From NCBI GenBank assembly GCA_964570795.1, contig CAZMYZ010000001.1, forward strand, positions 42,722 to 106,721: 64,000 nucleotides of DNA, given 5' to 3'. Positions 1 to 9,319 of this stretch are shown in pieces. The stretch's first letter is position 1, and each line of letters opens with the position of its first letter. The translations under genes were made by a program, and so were the position numbers. The notes beneath the pieces are model-generated. The model ran no database searches, was not told the DNA's origin, and was given only the letters and a program-made list of their open reading frames with translations. This stretch comes from an uncultured Candidatus Saccharibacteria bacterium. Its GTDB lineage: Bacteria; Patescibacteriota; Minisyncoccia; Phycocordibacterales; UBA918.

Positions 1-11
1 GTCCAGACTGG

Positions 12-296
12 GTGAAAAAATCCGTAATGAGTGAGCAGGAACTCTGTCCCGACTGCTTTAAGGTGGTGGGTGTGGAGAGTCGTTATAAACTCGTATGTTT
101 CCTTGGGAAAGCAAAAGGGGGGGAGACGGTAGGGAAACTCACCGAGCGTCTCGGCCTCAAGCAGCCCACCATTACGCACCACCTCAATGTGCTCAAGTCA
201 GTGGATGCAGTTTCTGTACGTGACGAGGGGAGGGAACGTGTCTACACCCTCAACCGCGACGCCCACTGCTTTGAGGAGTGCAAGATCCCGTATTAA
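12..296 (+). CDS. ArsR/SmtB family transcriptional regulator
   Basis: 94 aa wHTH: TVGKLTERLGLKQPTITHHLNVLK...EGRERVYTL; CPDC and C-terminal HC/EC could bind metal. Confidence 0.85.
   Translation: MKKSVMSEQELCPDCFKVVGVESRYKLVCFLGKAKGGETVGKLTERLGLKQPTITHHLNVLKSVDAVSVRDEGRERVYTLNRDAHCFEECKIPY
240..296 (+). repeat. 57-bp direct repeat, copy 1 (ArsR 3' end)
   Basis: Matches 1051-1107 with 7 mismatches in 57 nt by manual alignment. Confidence 0.9.
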
Positions 297-305
297 ATTC
301 ATTCA

Positions 306-330
306 ATGTTTGGTTTCGTAAACCCAACAT
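306..330. repeat. REP-like hairpin, left end of RAYT element
   Basis: atgtttggtttcgtaaacccaacat; its reverse complement matches 1026-1050 with 1 mismatch. Confidence 0.85.
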
Positions 331-332
331 AA

Positions 333-1010
333 TTACTCGAGAAGAAGTTTTGATGGTGTGGCAGTTCGTCTGTCTGAAATATTCTGAAGATATTTCTCTG
401 TACTCCTTTGCACATCCCCAAGTTTTTCTTGAAATAGTGTTGTGGTGAGTATAGAAGGGAAGTTTCTTTTGCCAAGGTAATCTTGATAACTGCTCCATCG
501 GTACTGAAGAAGATATTCTTGAAGGTGTGAGAATTCCAATCCTTGAGTTATTGAAGAATCTCGAACTCGCCATTCTTGCGCTCCCTCAAGATAGTCGAGT
601 GGGTTGAGGTGTATGTAGTGGAGGATATATAAAAAGTGAGCGTCTGTTTCGATATGAATTTTCTTTGTACGTCCTTGAAATAGAGTACCTTTTCTTTGAT
701 ATCGTTCATTAAAATAATTTGCGTATCCAACATTAAGTTTTCGCATGAAAAGAGAGATACCACCCTCTCTACGCTCTGAGAGAAGTAGATGATAATGATT
801 GTGCATGAGAACCCATGCATGTATATCAACCAAAATCTCACGTTCTTTAATTGTGTTATCAGTAATATCACCAGGACGCCGATTTGATTGTGGTGCTGGG
901 TTTGTATCGTTGAATTCATACATGTCGTGTATAAAACGAACATAATCGCCAGAGCCTTTAAAAAGAGTCCGGCCGTCAACACCCCTGTTCAAAACATGGA
1001 ATAACTCCAT
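333..1010 (-). mobile_element. REP-associated tyrosine transposase (RAYT, Y1/HUH, IS200-like)
   Basis: Motifs FHVLNRG, LMHNHYHLLL (HUH), GTLFQGR, YIHLNP (catalytic Tyr), YRWSSY. Confidence 0.9.
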
Positions 1011-1019
1011 ATGATACAA

Positions 1020-1056
1020 GTATACATGTTGGGTTTACGAAACCCAACATGTATAC
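1020..1056. repeat. Perfect 17-bp-arm palindrome, right end of RAYT element
   Basis: gtatacatgttgggttt-acg-aaacccaacatgtatac. Confidence 0.9.
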
Positions 1057-1107
1057 ACCCCCACCCGCGACGCCCACTGCTTTGGGGAATGCAAGATTCC
1101 GTATTAG
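1051..1107 (+). pseudogene. Displaced duplicate of ArsR 3' end (direct repeat copy 2)
   Basis: Reads VYTPTRDAHCFGECKIPY* versus VYTLNRDAHCFEECKIPY* in the intact gene. Confidence 0.85.
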
Positions 1108-1151
1108 TAATAAATCCTCTATTCCTCGAGGCTCTGCTCTGTGTGTTTGAA

Positions 1152-1373
1152 TCATATTTCCCCCACGACAATTTTCTTTTGTTGTGCAAGGTATTCTTCT
1201 GGAAAGATTCTTTTAAATTGTTCACTTGTCATTTTAGAGGAAAAGTGATGAAAAATTTCTCTATCTTCTTCACTCTCCGTATCCTTTCGTTCATCCCAAT
1301 TATTACCAAACGGTGATAGTAAATTATGGCGACTTTTAAGATATTTTATTCCTAAAAAATAAGTCTCAGTCAT
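1152..1373 (-). CDS. Hypothetical protein (AT-rich)
   Basis: 73 aa ORF overlapping the upstream ORF by 4 nt (coupled). Confidence 0.45.
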   Translation of the reverse strand: MTETYFLGIKYLKSRHNLLSPFGNNWDERKDTESEEDREIFHHFSSKMTSEQFKRIFPEEYLAQQKKIVVGEI

Positions 1374-1567
1374 AGATTCGGAAAGTCTTTTTCTCTAAAA
1401 TAGGCTGAAATTGTGGATAGGATGAATGCAATAGCAAACCATAACCAACTCCACGCCTGTTTAGAAAAAATAATCAAGATAATATAAAAACCTAATGGGA
1501 TACTTGACCAAAGAAGTAACTCAATCAAAAATTTTTTCTTGAGAAAGTCACAAGTTTCTTTTTTCAT
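1370..1567 (-). CDS. Small membrane protein (2 TM)
   Basis: 65 aa with two hydrophobic segments in an AT-rich patch. Confidence 0.55.
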   Translation of the reverse strand: MKKETCDFLKKKFLIELLLWSSIPLGFYIILIIFSKQAWSWLWFAIAFILSTISAYFREKDFPNL

Positions 1568-1661
1568 AGTTTTGTCAATTAATTTTTTAAGAATCTAGAC
1601 TAACTTAGAGTTTTATAAACCCCTATAATTATTCTATTATAGCACCGATGTGTTTGAATCT

Positions 1662-1690
1662 AATGGTCGACATCACAAATGTCGACCATT
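1662..1690. repeat. Palindrome (REP-like)
   Basis: aatggtcgacat-cacaa-atgtcgaccatt. Confidence 0.6.
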
Positions 1691-1785
1691 TTGTTTTGAA
1701 ATAAAACGAGTGGGTGCGTGTATATATACATGTAGCGCTTTTGCAACATAATCGCATTGTGTGGCTACTATTCTTCTTAAATACT

Positions 1786-2022
1786 ATGAAAAAAGATACC
1801 TATCCCGTACTGCTTACCATGAGTGCTCTTGTACTTATGCTTGGAGTGGGTACGTATACGTACCACACGCAATCAGTACAAAAAACAGAACAGGCGTTAG
1901 TAGAGACCACTCCCGTACAAGAAAAGTCTGGTGTGGTGGTGACTACTGATACACAAAAAGTCGCTACCCCATCAACAGCCCAGGTGAAGACTCCGCCGAG
2001 TCGGCAGTCGCAGGCAAGTTAG
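1786..2022 (+). CDS. Small membrane-anchored or secreted protein, Thr/Ser/Pro-rich
   Basis: MKKDTYPVLLTMSALVLMLGVG signal/TM followed by a low-complexity tail. Confidence 0.6.
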   Translation: MKKDTYPVLLTMSALVLMLGVGTYTYHTQSVQKTEQALVETTPVQEKSGVVVTTDTQKVATPSTAQVKTPPSRQSQAS

Positions 2023-2024
2023 GT

Positions 2025-2059
2025 AAAATGCGCGGGCCACTTTTGTGGCCCGCGCATTT
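2025..2059. terminator. Bidirectional terminator-like hairpin
   Basis: aaatgcgcgggccac-tttt-gtggcccgcgcattt between convergent genes. Confidence 0.7.
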
Positions 2060-2935
2060 CTATATTCCCATTCTTTGTTTCAATATTTCACCAATGCGTG
2101 CATAGACACTCATATTGTGTGCCAATTCAAAGCCTGCAACTTGAGGTCCTTTGTTAACTTCGAGTACAATCGGACCTTCTGCGGTATGAATCATGTCTAC
2201 TCCCGCAATGTCGATACCGCACACTTGTGCCGCATTACACGCGACATCTTGCTCAGTTTCTGTGAGTATATACACTGAAGGTGTTGCACCTTGAGCAATG
2301 TTGTTGAGGTATCCTTGTGTGCGTGCACGCTTGATAGTTCCTATTATTTCGCCGTATGCGATGAGTGTGCGTGTATCAAATGTGTTTTCAATAAAGGGTT
2401 GCACGAGTGCACGCTCAAACGGTTTTTTCTCTGCGATGCGCTTTTCAAGGTCGGTCTTGTTGGCAACAAAATGAACATTTTTCCCTCTACTGCCATCGGT
2501 TTTGAAGATGAGAGGGAAGGAAAGTGCTGCTTCAAGATACTGACGGTTTGCGCGATATGCTTCTTCCCGAAAGACTATGGTTTCGGGGACGCGAATGCCT
2601 GCAAGGGTGAGTTTGAGCATCTGTGCTATTTTTTCAGCGCTCTGCTCGTATGAGAGACCGATGGGGTCATTTACAGGAATGTTATGGTGTGCAAAATATT
2701 CGTAGAGCATGCCACAAAAAAGTTGGTCAGTACCACGAAGGCGTGTAAAGACATGACTATTAGTCCAATCGATAGGCTTCCCATGATAGAAGAATGTGGG
2801 TATACCATTTTTGATATGGAGTACCATTCTCTTTGTGTGGTACCACGTGTAGGGAGTGTCACCAATACCTGCACGAAATGCATTGCGGTTTTCGGTACCC
2901 ATATTGAGGAAGGTGATATGTTTTGTGTTCGGCAT
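2060..2935 (-). CDS. RimK-family ATP-grasp ligase
   Basis: FPLIFKTDGSRGKNV, LVQPFI, NNIAQGA, AGVDMI, VLEVNKGP. Confidence 0.85.
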   Translation of the reverse strand: MPNTKHITFLNMGTENRNAFRAGIGDTPYTWYHTKRMVLHIKNGIPTFFYHGKPIDWTNSHVFTRLRGTDQLFCGMLYEYFAHHNIPVNDPIGLSYEQSAEKIAQMLKLTLAGIRVPETIVFREEAYRANRQYLEAALSFPLIFKTDGSRGKNVHFVANKTDLEKRIAEKKPFERALVQPFIENTFDTRTLIAYGEIIGTIKRARTQGYLNNIAQGATPSVYILTETEQDVACNAAQVCGIDIAGVDMIHTAEGPIVLEVNKGPQVAGFELAHNMSVYARIGEILKQRMGI

Positions 2936-3081
2936 AATACTATGCATGATAGTCTATATGAAAGAAAGCACAATAGGATTTCTGTACAGAGCGAGTACTT
3001 CGTGGTACAGTTGCCCGCACATAACGGCAAACTATCTCTATTCAATATCTGTGCGACGACATCTATGTTGCATACCTTCTC

Positions 3082-4359
3082 ATGAAAAAACCAGAACGAA
3101 ACATCATTGTGTATGTTGCGGTGTTGCCACCAGGTGCGGTGGAGAGTATTCGTGCCTATGAGAAAAAAGAGAAGCGTAAGTTTAAAGTTATGCTCATCCG
3201 CGATGCGCATGAAGGAAAACAGAAAGAAAAAGAATCATACAAAGGACTTGATATTCTCGTCGAATGTGACCTCAATACGCCTGCACGCATCGCGGAAGCA
3301 CTTGCACCCTACCAAGATCAACTCTGTGCCATTACCTGTCGCTCTGAATCTCATATGGCGCGTTTCATTGAAGTGATTCCTCATGTACCATACCTCCGCA
3401 CTCCTACGACAGAATCACTTGTATGGGCGACCGACAAACTTGAAATGCGTCGCAGGTTTAAACTTCTTGCACCACGCTTTTCGCCAAAGTATGCAGTAGT
3501 AAAAGGTAATACGGTAGGTGAGCGCAAGCGCATTATTGAAAAAATTGGTTTCCCGATGATTGTAAAGCCTACCAATCTTGCACAGAGTCTTTTGGTATCG
3601 CTTTGCTACCATGAAGATGAACTCAAAAAAGCCCTTACGAATCTCAGCAAGAAAATTGCTCAGACGTATGTCGAAAACAAACGCACCGAAGAGCCACGGA
3701 TGATGGTGGAAGAATTTATGGAGGGTGATATGTACTCCGTGGATGCATATGTGAATTCACGTGGTGTGGTGTACTTCTGTCCTATGGTGCGCGTACTCAC
3801 GGGGCACAATATTGGCCATGAGGATTTCTTTAACTACCTCCACATGAGTCCAACAAATTTGAAACCCACATCCATCGAGCGTGCCCACGTTGCTGCAGAA
3901 GCGGGTATTCATGCGCTCGGCCTCCGCAACACCACTGCCCATGTGGAACTTATGAAAGTAGATGATGAGTGGAAAATAATCGAGATTGGTCCACGCGTGG
4001 GCGGCTTCCGCGATAAACTGCATCGTCTCTCGTGCGGCATCGACCATTCACTTAATGATATTCTCGTGCGCATGCCCAAGAAGCCGCATACTCCCAAGAA
4101 ATGCAAGGGTTTTGCAGCAACGCTCAAGTGGTACTCAAAGAAAGAAGGGAAGATTGTGGGGCTTAAGGGTATCAAAAAATGCCAAGAACTCGCGTCTTTT
4201 AATGAAATCAAACTCATTAAGAAAGTGGGTGATATGTGTACTTTTGCTCGTCATGGTGGCAAGGCAGTGTTCACTATTACCCTTTTTAATACCGAACGTT
4301 CTAAACTCCTTGCTGATATTCGGCGTGTAGAAAAACTCATTGAGGTACAGGTGAGGTAG
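3082..4359 (+). CDS. ATP-grasp domain protein (L-amino acid ligase-like)
   Basis: TDKLEMR, IGFPMIVKP, MVEEFMEG, HVELM, IIEIGPRVGG. Confidence 0.85.
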   Translation: MKKPERNIIVYVAVLPPGAVESIRAYEKKEKRKFKVMLIRDAHEGKQKEKESYKGLDILVECDLNTPARIAEALAPYQDQLCAITCRSESHMARFIEVIPHVPYLRTPTTESLVWATDKLEMRRRFKLLAPRFSPKYAVVKGNTVGERKRIIEKIGFPMIVKPTNLAQSLLVSLCYHEDELKKALTNLSKKIAQTYVENKRTEEPRMMVEEFMEGDMYSVDAYVNSRGVVYFCPMVRVLTGHNIGHEDFFNYLHMSPTNLKPTSIERAHVAAEAGIHALGLRNTTAHVELMKVDDEWKIIEIGPRVGGFRDKLHRLSCGIDHSLNDILVRMPKKPHTPKKCKGFAATLKWYSKKEGKIVGLKGIKKCQELASFNEIKLIKKVGDMCTFARHGGKAVFTITLFNTERSKLLADIRRVEKLIEVQVR

Positions 4360-4381
4360 TGAAATAGTGGTGGAGGTACTC

Positions 4382-4412
4382 ACACCCGTGAGGGCGAAGC
4401 CCTCACGGGTGT
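4382..4412 (+). terminator. Hairpin (terminator or REP-like)
   Basis: acacccgtgagggc-gaa-gccctcacgggtgt. Confidence 0.6.
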
Positions 4413-4429
4413 TGTACTATAGTGGATAC

Positions 4430-4846
4430 ATGCCACGCACCCGCGATTTGCTCATTGTTGTTGCCTCACTCTTCCTCACGTTTTTGGTGTGGGTGATACA
4501 TGTGCTCGTATCTCCTGTTCCCGAAACTAGTAAATCTACACAAGGTACACAGGCCGTCCTTCTCACTACACCAAAGGATTCATACGAAGTAGTACCCTAT
4601 GAGGAAAATTCACTTCGCGATGAGCGTGATGCTTTTATTGATAAGGTGCGGCAAACCTATGTAGCACCAATACAGTTACCTCCAGAGACTGAGGAAGACC
4701 CTTTTGTGTCTGAGTTTGAAACTCCTCCTGCCGTGATGAATCCGGTACCCACAACTACGACTCCGTATATAGTGCCGGTCATTGTGCCGGTAGCGACGAC
4801 GTCTGTCGCTACTACAACGCCTCCCTATGGCAACACTCATCTTTGA
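4430..4846 (+). CDS. Hypothetical membrane-anchored protein, Pro/Thr-rich tail
   Basis: N-terminal TM; ATG at 4430 follows a TATAGT -10 element. Confidence 0.6.
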   Translation: MPRTRDLLIVVASLFLTFLVWVIHVLVSPVPETSKSTQGTQAVLLTTPKDSYEVVPYEENSLRDERDAFIDKVRQTYVAPIQLPPETEEDPFVSEFETPPAVMNPVPTTTTPYIVPVIVPVATTSVATTTPPYGNTHL

Positions 4847-5552
4847 TATTGAAACGGTCGGTGAGTCGTGGGATACCCTCGACTCCACGACACAAGAAGT
4901 GCTCACCCGCTGGATAGGGCGTACAAGTAAGGACGAACATGAACATGCAGCACTTTTAAAAGATGTGCAAGATGGACTCGGTTTTTCTCCCCTTACCGGT
5001 GAAGTGGTGGCTATTGGGCTCTATGATCTCGAGCGAAGGCAGGGTGTGGTGTATTACCAAGGAGCGGGTGAGATGGATTCTGAAGAAGGAGATTTTATAC
5101 TTAAGTCGCGCAGTGAAAAGGAGATGCTTCAAGATTTTTGGGATGGAGCACAGTCGTATGATACGTTTGTCACTTTTAATGGACGTTGTTTTGACGTACC
5201 TTTTCTCAATCTCCGTTCAGCGATTCAAGGAATTTGTCCAACACAGGATTTAATGGACGGGCGGTATCTCTATCAACAAAAACAAACGCGGCACGTCGAC
5301 CTACAAGACCAAATGACTTTTTATGGTGCGATGCAGCGGCGACCCTCACTTCATCTTTTTTGCCGAGCATTTGGCATAGAGAGTCCAAAGGCGGAGGGAG
5401 TGGCAGGGGATGATGTCGCAGAACTTTTTCGTATGAAAAAGTTCTGCGACATCGCCCGCTACAACGCCCGCGACGTCATCGCCACCACTGCACTCTACAA
5501 AAAGTGGCTTGAATATCTCGCACCTCATAGTTTTCGTAACACTCTTGAGTAG
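4827..5552 (+). CDS. Predicted 3'-5' exonuclease (PolB-like DEDD/RNase H fold)
   Basis: ExoI FDIET, ExoII TFNGRCFD, ExoIII YNARDV. Confidence 0.85.
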   Translation: MATLIFDIETVGESWDTLDSTTQEVLTRWIGRTSKDEHEHAALLKDVQDGLGFSPLTGEVVAIGLYDLERRQGVVYYQGAGEMDSEEGDFILKSRSEKEMLQDFWDGAQSYDTFVTFNGRCFDVPFLNLRSAIQGICPTQDLMDGRYLYQQKQTRHVDLQDQMTFYGAMQRRPSLHLFCRAFGIESPKAEGVAGDDVAELFRMKKFCDIARYNARDVIATTALYKKWLEYLAPHSFRNTLE

Positions 5553-5605
5553 ACACTCTTTTTATGTTCTAATGTAGTTCGATTTGTACTCCACAGAAGG
5601 AGAGA

Positions 5606-6052
5606 ATGGAAAACTTTGTAAAGCGTGTCCAAAATTGGGTCGACGCTATTGTGCGATTTTTCAAATGGGAATTTTGGTTTCCTATAGGGAAATTGCCGAT
5701 GCATGATGAGGGTGTGATTATCCCGGGTGATCCGGACGCAATTCCACGCTCTGACCCATTTTGGCGAGACCAATGGAAGTGGATTGTGTTCTCTGCACCA
5801 CATCCGGCAGCATTCAGGGTGTACTTTGAGTCTCCCAAGGACGGTCTCTGTATGTGCTACAGCAGAAAGATACGTACTCCGTACGTCGCGATGCGTGTCG
5901 GGCCACATGCGGTCAAGGTTGTTGCGATGGCAGAAATGAGGTACGGCCTTGATGAAATGCGACTTAATATGTTCCTTCCGCCCGAGTATGGAGACTGTAT
6001 GAGGGATGCACTCGCAGAAAGGTTCCTCTTGCACAAGGTGACATGGATATAG
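5606..6052 (+). CDS. Hypothetical protein
   Basis: 148 aa, AAGGAG SD upstream, terminator at about 6070-6096. Confidence 0.6.
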   Translation: MENFVKRVQNWVDAIVRFFKWEFWFPIGKLPMHDEGVIIPGDPDAIPRSDPFWRDQWKWIVFSAPHPAAFRVYFESPKDGLCMCYSRKIRTPYVAMRVGPHAVKVVAMAEMRYGLDEMRLNMFLPPEYGDCMRDALAERFLLHKVTWI

Positions 6053-6118
6053 AGTCCATCTCAAGAACAAACAGCCCAGAACATCGGGCTGTTTTCTTTT
6101 GTGCTATAGTTTCTTTAT

Positions 6119-7348
6119 ATGTCAGAACTAAAAAAGTTTCCGGAAGGGTTTTATTGGGGTGCAGCGACCGCTTCGTATCAGGTGGAGGGAGGTATTGAGA
6201 ATACTGATTGGGCTGAGGCAGCGCGCGCGGGGCGTGTGCCTGTGTGCGGCATTGCGTGCGACCACTACCATCGCTATGAAGAAGATTTTGATATTGCGCA
6301 GTCTTTGGGACACAATGCCCACCGTCTCTCCGTAGAGTGGGCGCGTATCGAGCCCGAGGAAGGTAAGTTTAATGAAAAAGAAATCGAGCATTACCGGAAG
6401 GTCCTTACGGCACTCAGGGAACATGGAATGAAGCCGTACGTTACCTTGTGGCACTTTACGTTGCCGACATGGTTTGCAAAAGAAGGTGGCTTTGAACGCG
6501 CAGATGCGCCGCAGGTGTTTGCACGATACTGCGCCTTTGTGGCATCCCGCCTCGGTGACCTCTGTGGAGATTTTTCTACCATGAATGAGCCGAATGTATT
6601 TGGGTCTAATGGCTGGCTCCGCGGCAGTTGGCCACCCTTTAAACGCTTTACCCTCACCGACCTTATTTCGATTACAAACTCTGGTCGCACCTATGAGTCG
6701 CAGGCACAAAAAGGGTTTTCACCCCTTCGACTCTATTTCCGCGTGATGAAAAATCTTGCGAAAGCACATAATCTCGCCTATGACGCTATTAAGAAAGCAT
6801 CGCCAAAAGCAGATGTGAGTGTGGTGAAGCATGTCATTCTTTTCCATGCGAACTGGAATCCAATCAATAAAATGGTTGCGTGGATTGCAAACTACTATTG
6901 GACATATCTCTTTATGGGACGAGTGCACAAAAAGTGTGACTCAATAGGGGTAAATTATTATTTCCATAAAAAGTTTGGAGACAAGAAGGTGTATGTAAAG
7001 ACGGATATGGATTGGGACATCTATCCTGAAGGGCTTGAGGATTCACTCATGATGCTCGCAAAATATGGAAAGCCACTCTTTGTGGCGGAGTCGGGTCTTG
7101 CAGACGAGGCGGATCTCTATCGTGCCGACTACATTACGCGACAAGTACAGGCGATGTGGCGCGCGATGGAACAGGGAGCGGATGTGCGTGGGCATATGTA
7201 TTGGTCACTCCTCGACAACTATGAATGGGCGCTTGGTTTTGAAAAACGTTTCGGGCTCGTGGCAGTGGATTTTATGACACTGAAGCGTACCATACGTCCT
7301 TCTGCGCAGGTGTATAAAGAAATATGCATCAATAATGCGGTACAATAA
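6119..7348 (+). CDS. Glycoside hydrolase family 1 (beta-glucosidase)
   Basis: FYWGAATASYQVEG, TMNEP and AESG catalytic Glu motifs, WSLLDNYEW. Confidence 0.92.
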   Translation: MSELKKFPEGFYWGAATASYQVEGGIENTDWAEAARAGRVPVCGIACDHYHRYEEDFDIAQSLGHNAHRLSVEWARIEPEEGKFNEKEIEHYRKVLTALREHGMKPYVTLWHFTLPTWFAKEGGFERADAPQVFARYCAFVASRLGDLCGDFSTMNEPNVFGSNGWLRGSWPPFKRFTLTDLISITNSGRTYESQAQKGFSPLRLYFRVMKNLAKAHNLAYDAIKKASPKADVSVVKHVILFHANWNPINKMVAWIANYYWTYLFMGRVHKKCDSIGVNYYFHKKFGDKKVYVKTDMDWDIYPEGLEDSLMMLAKYGKPLFVAESGLADEADLYRADYITRQVQAMWRAMEQGADVRGHMYWSLLDNYEWALGFEKRFGLVAVDFMTLKRTIRPSAQVYKEICINNAVQ

Positions 7349-7379
7349 GGCGATATATGAGACGGTTAATTTCTAGAGC

Positions 7380-8315
7380 ATGAATTGGATTTTTCTTGCA
7401 GTAGGTGCGCAATTCCTCAATGCGTTTGTCGCGCTTGTTGACAAGCATATTGTGAGCGACGAGAAAACACTCCCACGCCCTTTTGTGTATGCATTTTACA
7501 CCTGCCTTATTTCGGGGGTGTGGATTGTGGTGTACTTCATAGGATTCCTTCCGTTTGTTTCTGATTCGCTCCATATCCCTTCGTTCTCAAATGTGATAAA
7601 GCCGACTCTCGAAGTGGTGGCGCTTTCGTTTCTTTCTGCATACACCTTCTTCACGGCGCTTGTGGCGATGTTTAGTGCTCTTCGCGACCATGATGCGTCA
7701 GATGTGGTGCCGGTGATTGGCTCCGTCTCGGCACTCGCGTCATTTGGTATGGGGTATTATTTTTTCAATACCACACTCAGTCATAATTTTATCCTCGGTA
7801 TCATTCTTCTCTCTATCGGTACTTTTTTGGTGTCACGTCTACGCTTTCCTTTCAAAACCGCAATGGTGGCACTCTACTCAGGTATCTTTTTCGCTCTACA
7901 CTACATCACCATTAAAGGGCTTTTTGAAACAACATCATTTGATAATGGGTTCTTTTGGTCGCGCATAGCATTTGTATTCTTTGCGGGGACACTTCTTATG
8001 ATCCCAAATTACTTTGAGCGTATTAAAGAACAAACAAAAACAACAACAAAAGGCACTGCAGTACTGGTGATTGTAAACAAACTACTTGCTGGTGTTTCCA
8101 CGATTCTTATTTTGAAAGCGACGGACCTCGGCGACGTGGCGGTGGTACAAGCACTCGGTGGACTTCAGTTTGTGTTCATTCTGCTTCTCGGTATTTTCTT
8201 TAGTATTCGCCCAACAAAGCTCAATATTGGTGAGACATACAATCACGACACAATCCTCAAGAAAGTGCTTTTTGTGGCTGTTATTACCATCGGTTTTCTA
8301 GTACTATTTAGGTAA
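7380..8315 (+). CDS. EamA/DMT-like membrane transporter
   Basis: About 10 TM helices in two repeats. Confidence 0.7.
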   Translation: MNWIFLAVGAQFLNAFVALVDKHIVSDEKTLPRPFVYAFYTCLISGVWIVVYFIGFLPFVSDSLHIPSFSNVIKPTLEVVALSFLSAYTFFTALVAMFSALRDHDASDVVPVIGSVSALASFGMGYYFFNTTLSHNFILGIILLSIGTFLVSRLRFPFKTAMVALYSGIFFALHYITIKGLFETTSFDNGFFWSRIAFVFFAGTLLMIPNYFERIKEQTKTTTKGTAVLVIVNKLLAGVSTILILKATDLGDVAVVQALGGLQFVFILLLGIFFSIRPTKLNIGETYNHDTILKKVLFVAVITIGFLVLFR

Positions 8316-9319
8316 TGAAAAAATGGCTCCTTCGGGCACTTATCGGTGCCGTTGTTTTGTGTGTATGCATATTGGTGGCGCTTTTTATACTTGCACGAAA
8401 AGAAAAACCTGAGCAGATTACCTATGGTATTTCATATAATGTGCCGTACGTGCTTGAACTCGGACTCGACCCCGACGAAGTCTTTGATGCATTTCTTGAG
8501 GAACTTGGTGTGCGCAACTTTCGCATGAGTGCTCATTGGACACTTATTGAGCCGGAGCGCGATGAGTATGACTTTGCATGGATGGATAGGGATATAGCGA
8601 AAGCGGAAGCTGCCGATGCAAAGGTAATTTTTGGTGTAGGTCGGCGGCTTCCGCGATGGCCCGAATGTCATATTCCGGGATGGGCTCAAGAACTCACCTG
8701 GGAAGAGCAAAAGAGTGAGATTCGTGAATACATCACTACGGTGGTAAACCGATATAAAGATTCACCAGCCATCACACATTGGCAGGTGGAGAATGAGCCA
8801 TACCTTGGCTTGTTTGCGCATGATTATTGCGGTGACCTCGACGAATCATTTCTCGAAGAAGAAATTGCGCTCGTGAAATCGCTTGACCCCACACGCCCTA
8901 TACTTGTAACCGACAGTGGCAACTTGGGTACATGGAACGGTGCGTACTCGCACGGAGATTCTTTTGGTACGAGTGTATACGTCTATTTTTGGAATCCGGA
9001 ACTCGGTCAGTTCAAGACGCTTTTGCCACCGTGGTTTTATCGTGCAAAAGAAAATATCATGGCACTCATCCATGGAGAAAAAGAAACATTCCTCATCGAA
9101 CTCTCGCTTGAGCCGTGGCTCCTTGAGCCGGTTACTGAAGTGCCGGTAGACGTACAATACTCACGGATGGACATTCAGAAGTTTAATGAGATTATTGAAT
9201 ATGCGCGCGATACGCGCTACGAAACGCAGTTTCTCTGGGGCGGGGAGTGGTGGTACTGGCTCCGTGAGCGCGGACATGCCGAAATGTGGGAACGCGGCAC
9301 GCAATTATTTAATGAATAA
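8315..9319 (+). CDS. Membrane-anchored clan GH-A glycoside hydrolase (GH5/GH42-like)
   Basis: N-terminal TM, WTLIEP, WQVENEP, LIEL; coupled to the upstream gene. Confidence 0.75.
   Translation: MKKWLLRALIGAVVLCVCILVALFILARKEKPEQITYGISYNVPYVLELGLDPDEVFDAFLEELGVRNFRMSAHWTLIEPERDEYDFAWMDRDIAKAEAADAKVIFGVGRRLPRWPECHIPGWAQELTWEEQKSEIREYITTVVNRYKDSPAITHWQVENEPYLGLFAHDYCGDLDESFLEEEIALVKSLDPTRPILVTDSGNLGTWNGAYSHGDSFGTSVYVYFWNPELGQFKTLLPPWFYRAKENIMALIHGEKETFLIELSLEPWLLEPVTEVPVDVQYSRMDIQKFNEIIEYARDTRYETQFLWGGEWWYWLRERGHAEMWERGTQLFNE

Noticed and set aside
240-1107. Diversity-generating retroelement TR/VR pair
   Set aside because: No reverse transcriptase is in the window, the mismatches are not confined to adenines of one copy, and the intervening gene is a Y1 transposase.
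1786-2022. Graspetide (ATP-grasp RiPP) precursor
   Set aside because: It has a signal/TM N-terminus, no repeated core motifs with acidic acceptors and no recognisable leader, and it is convergent with the ligase rather than co-transcribed.
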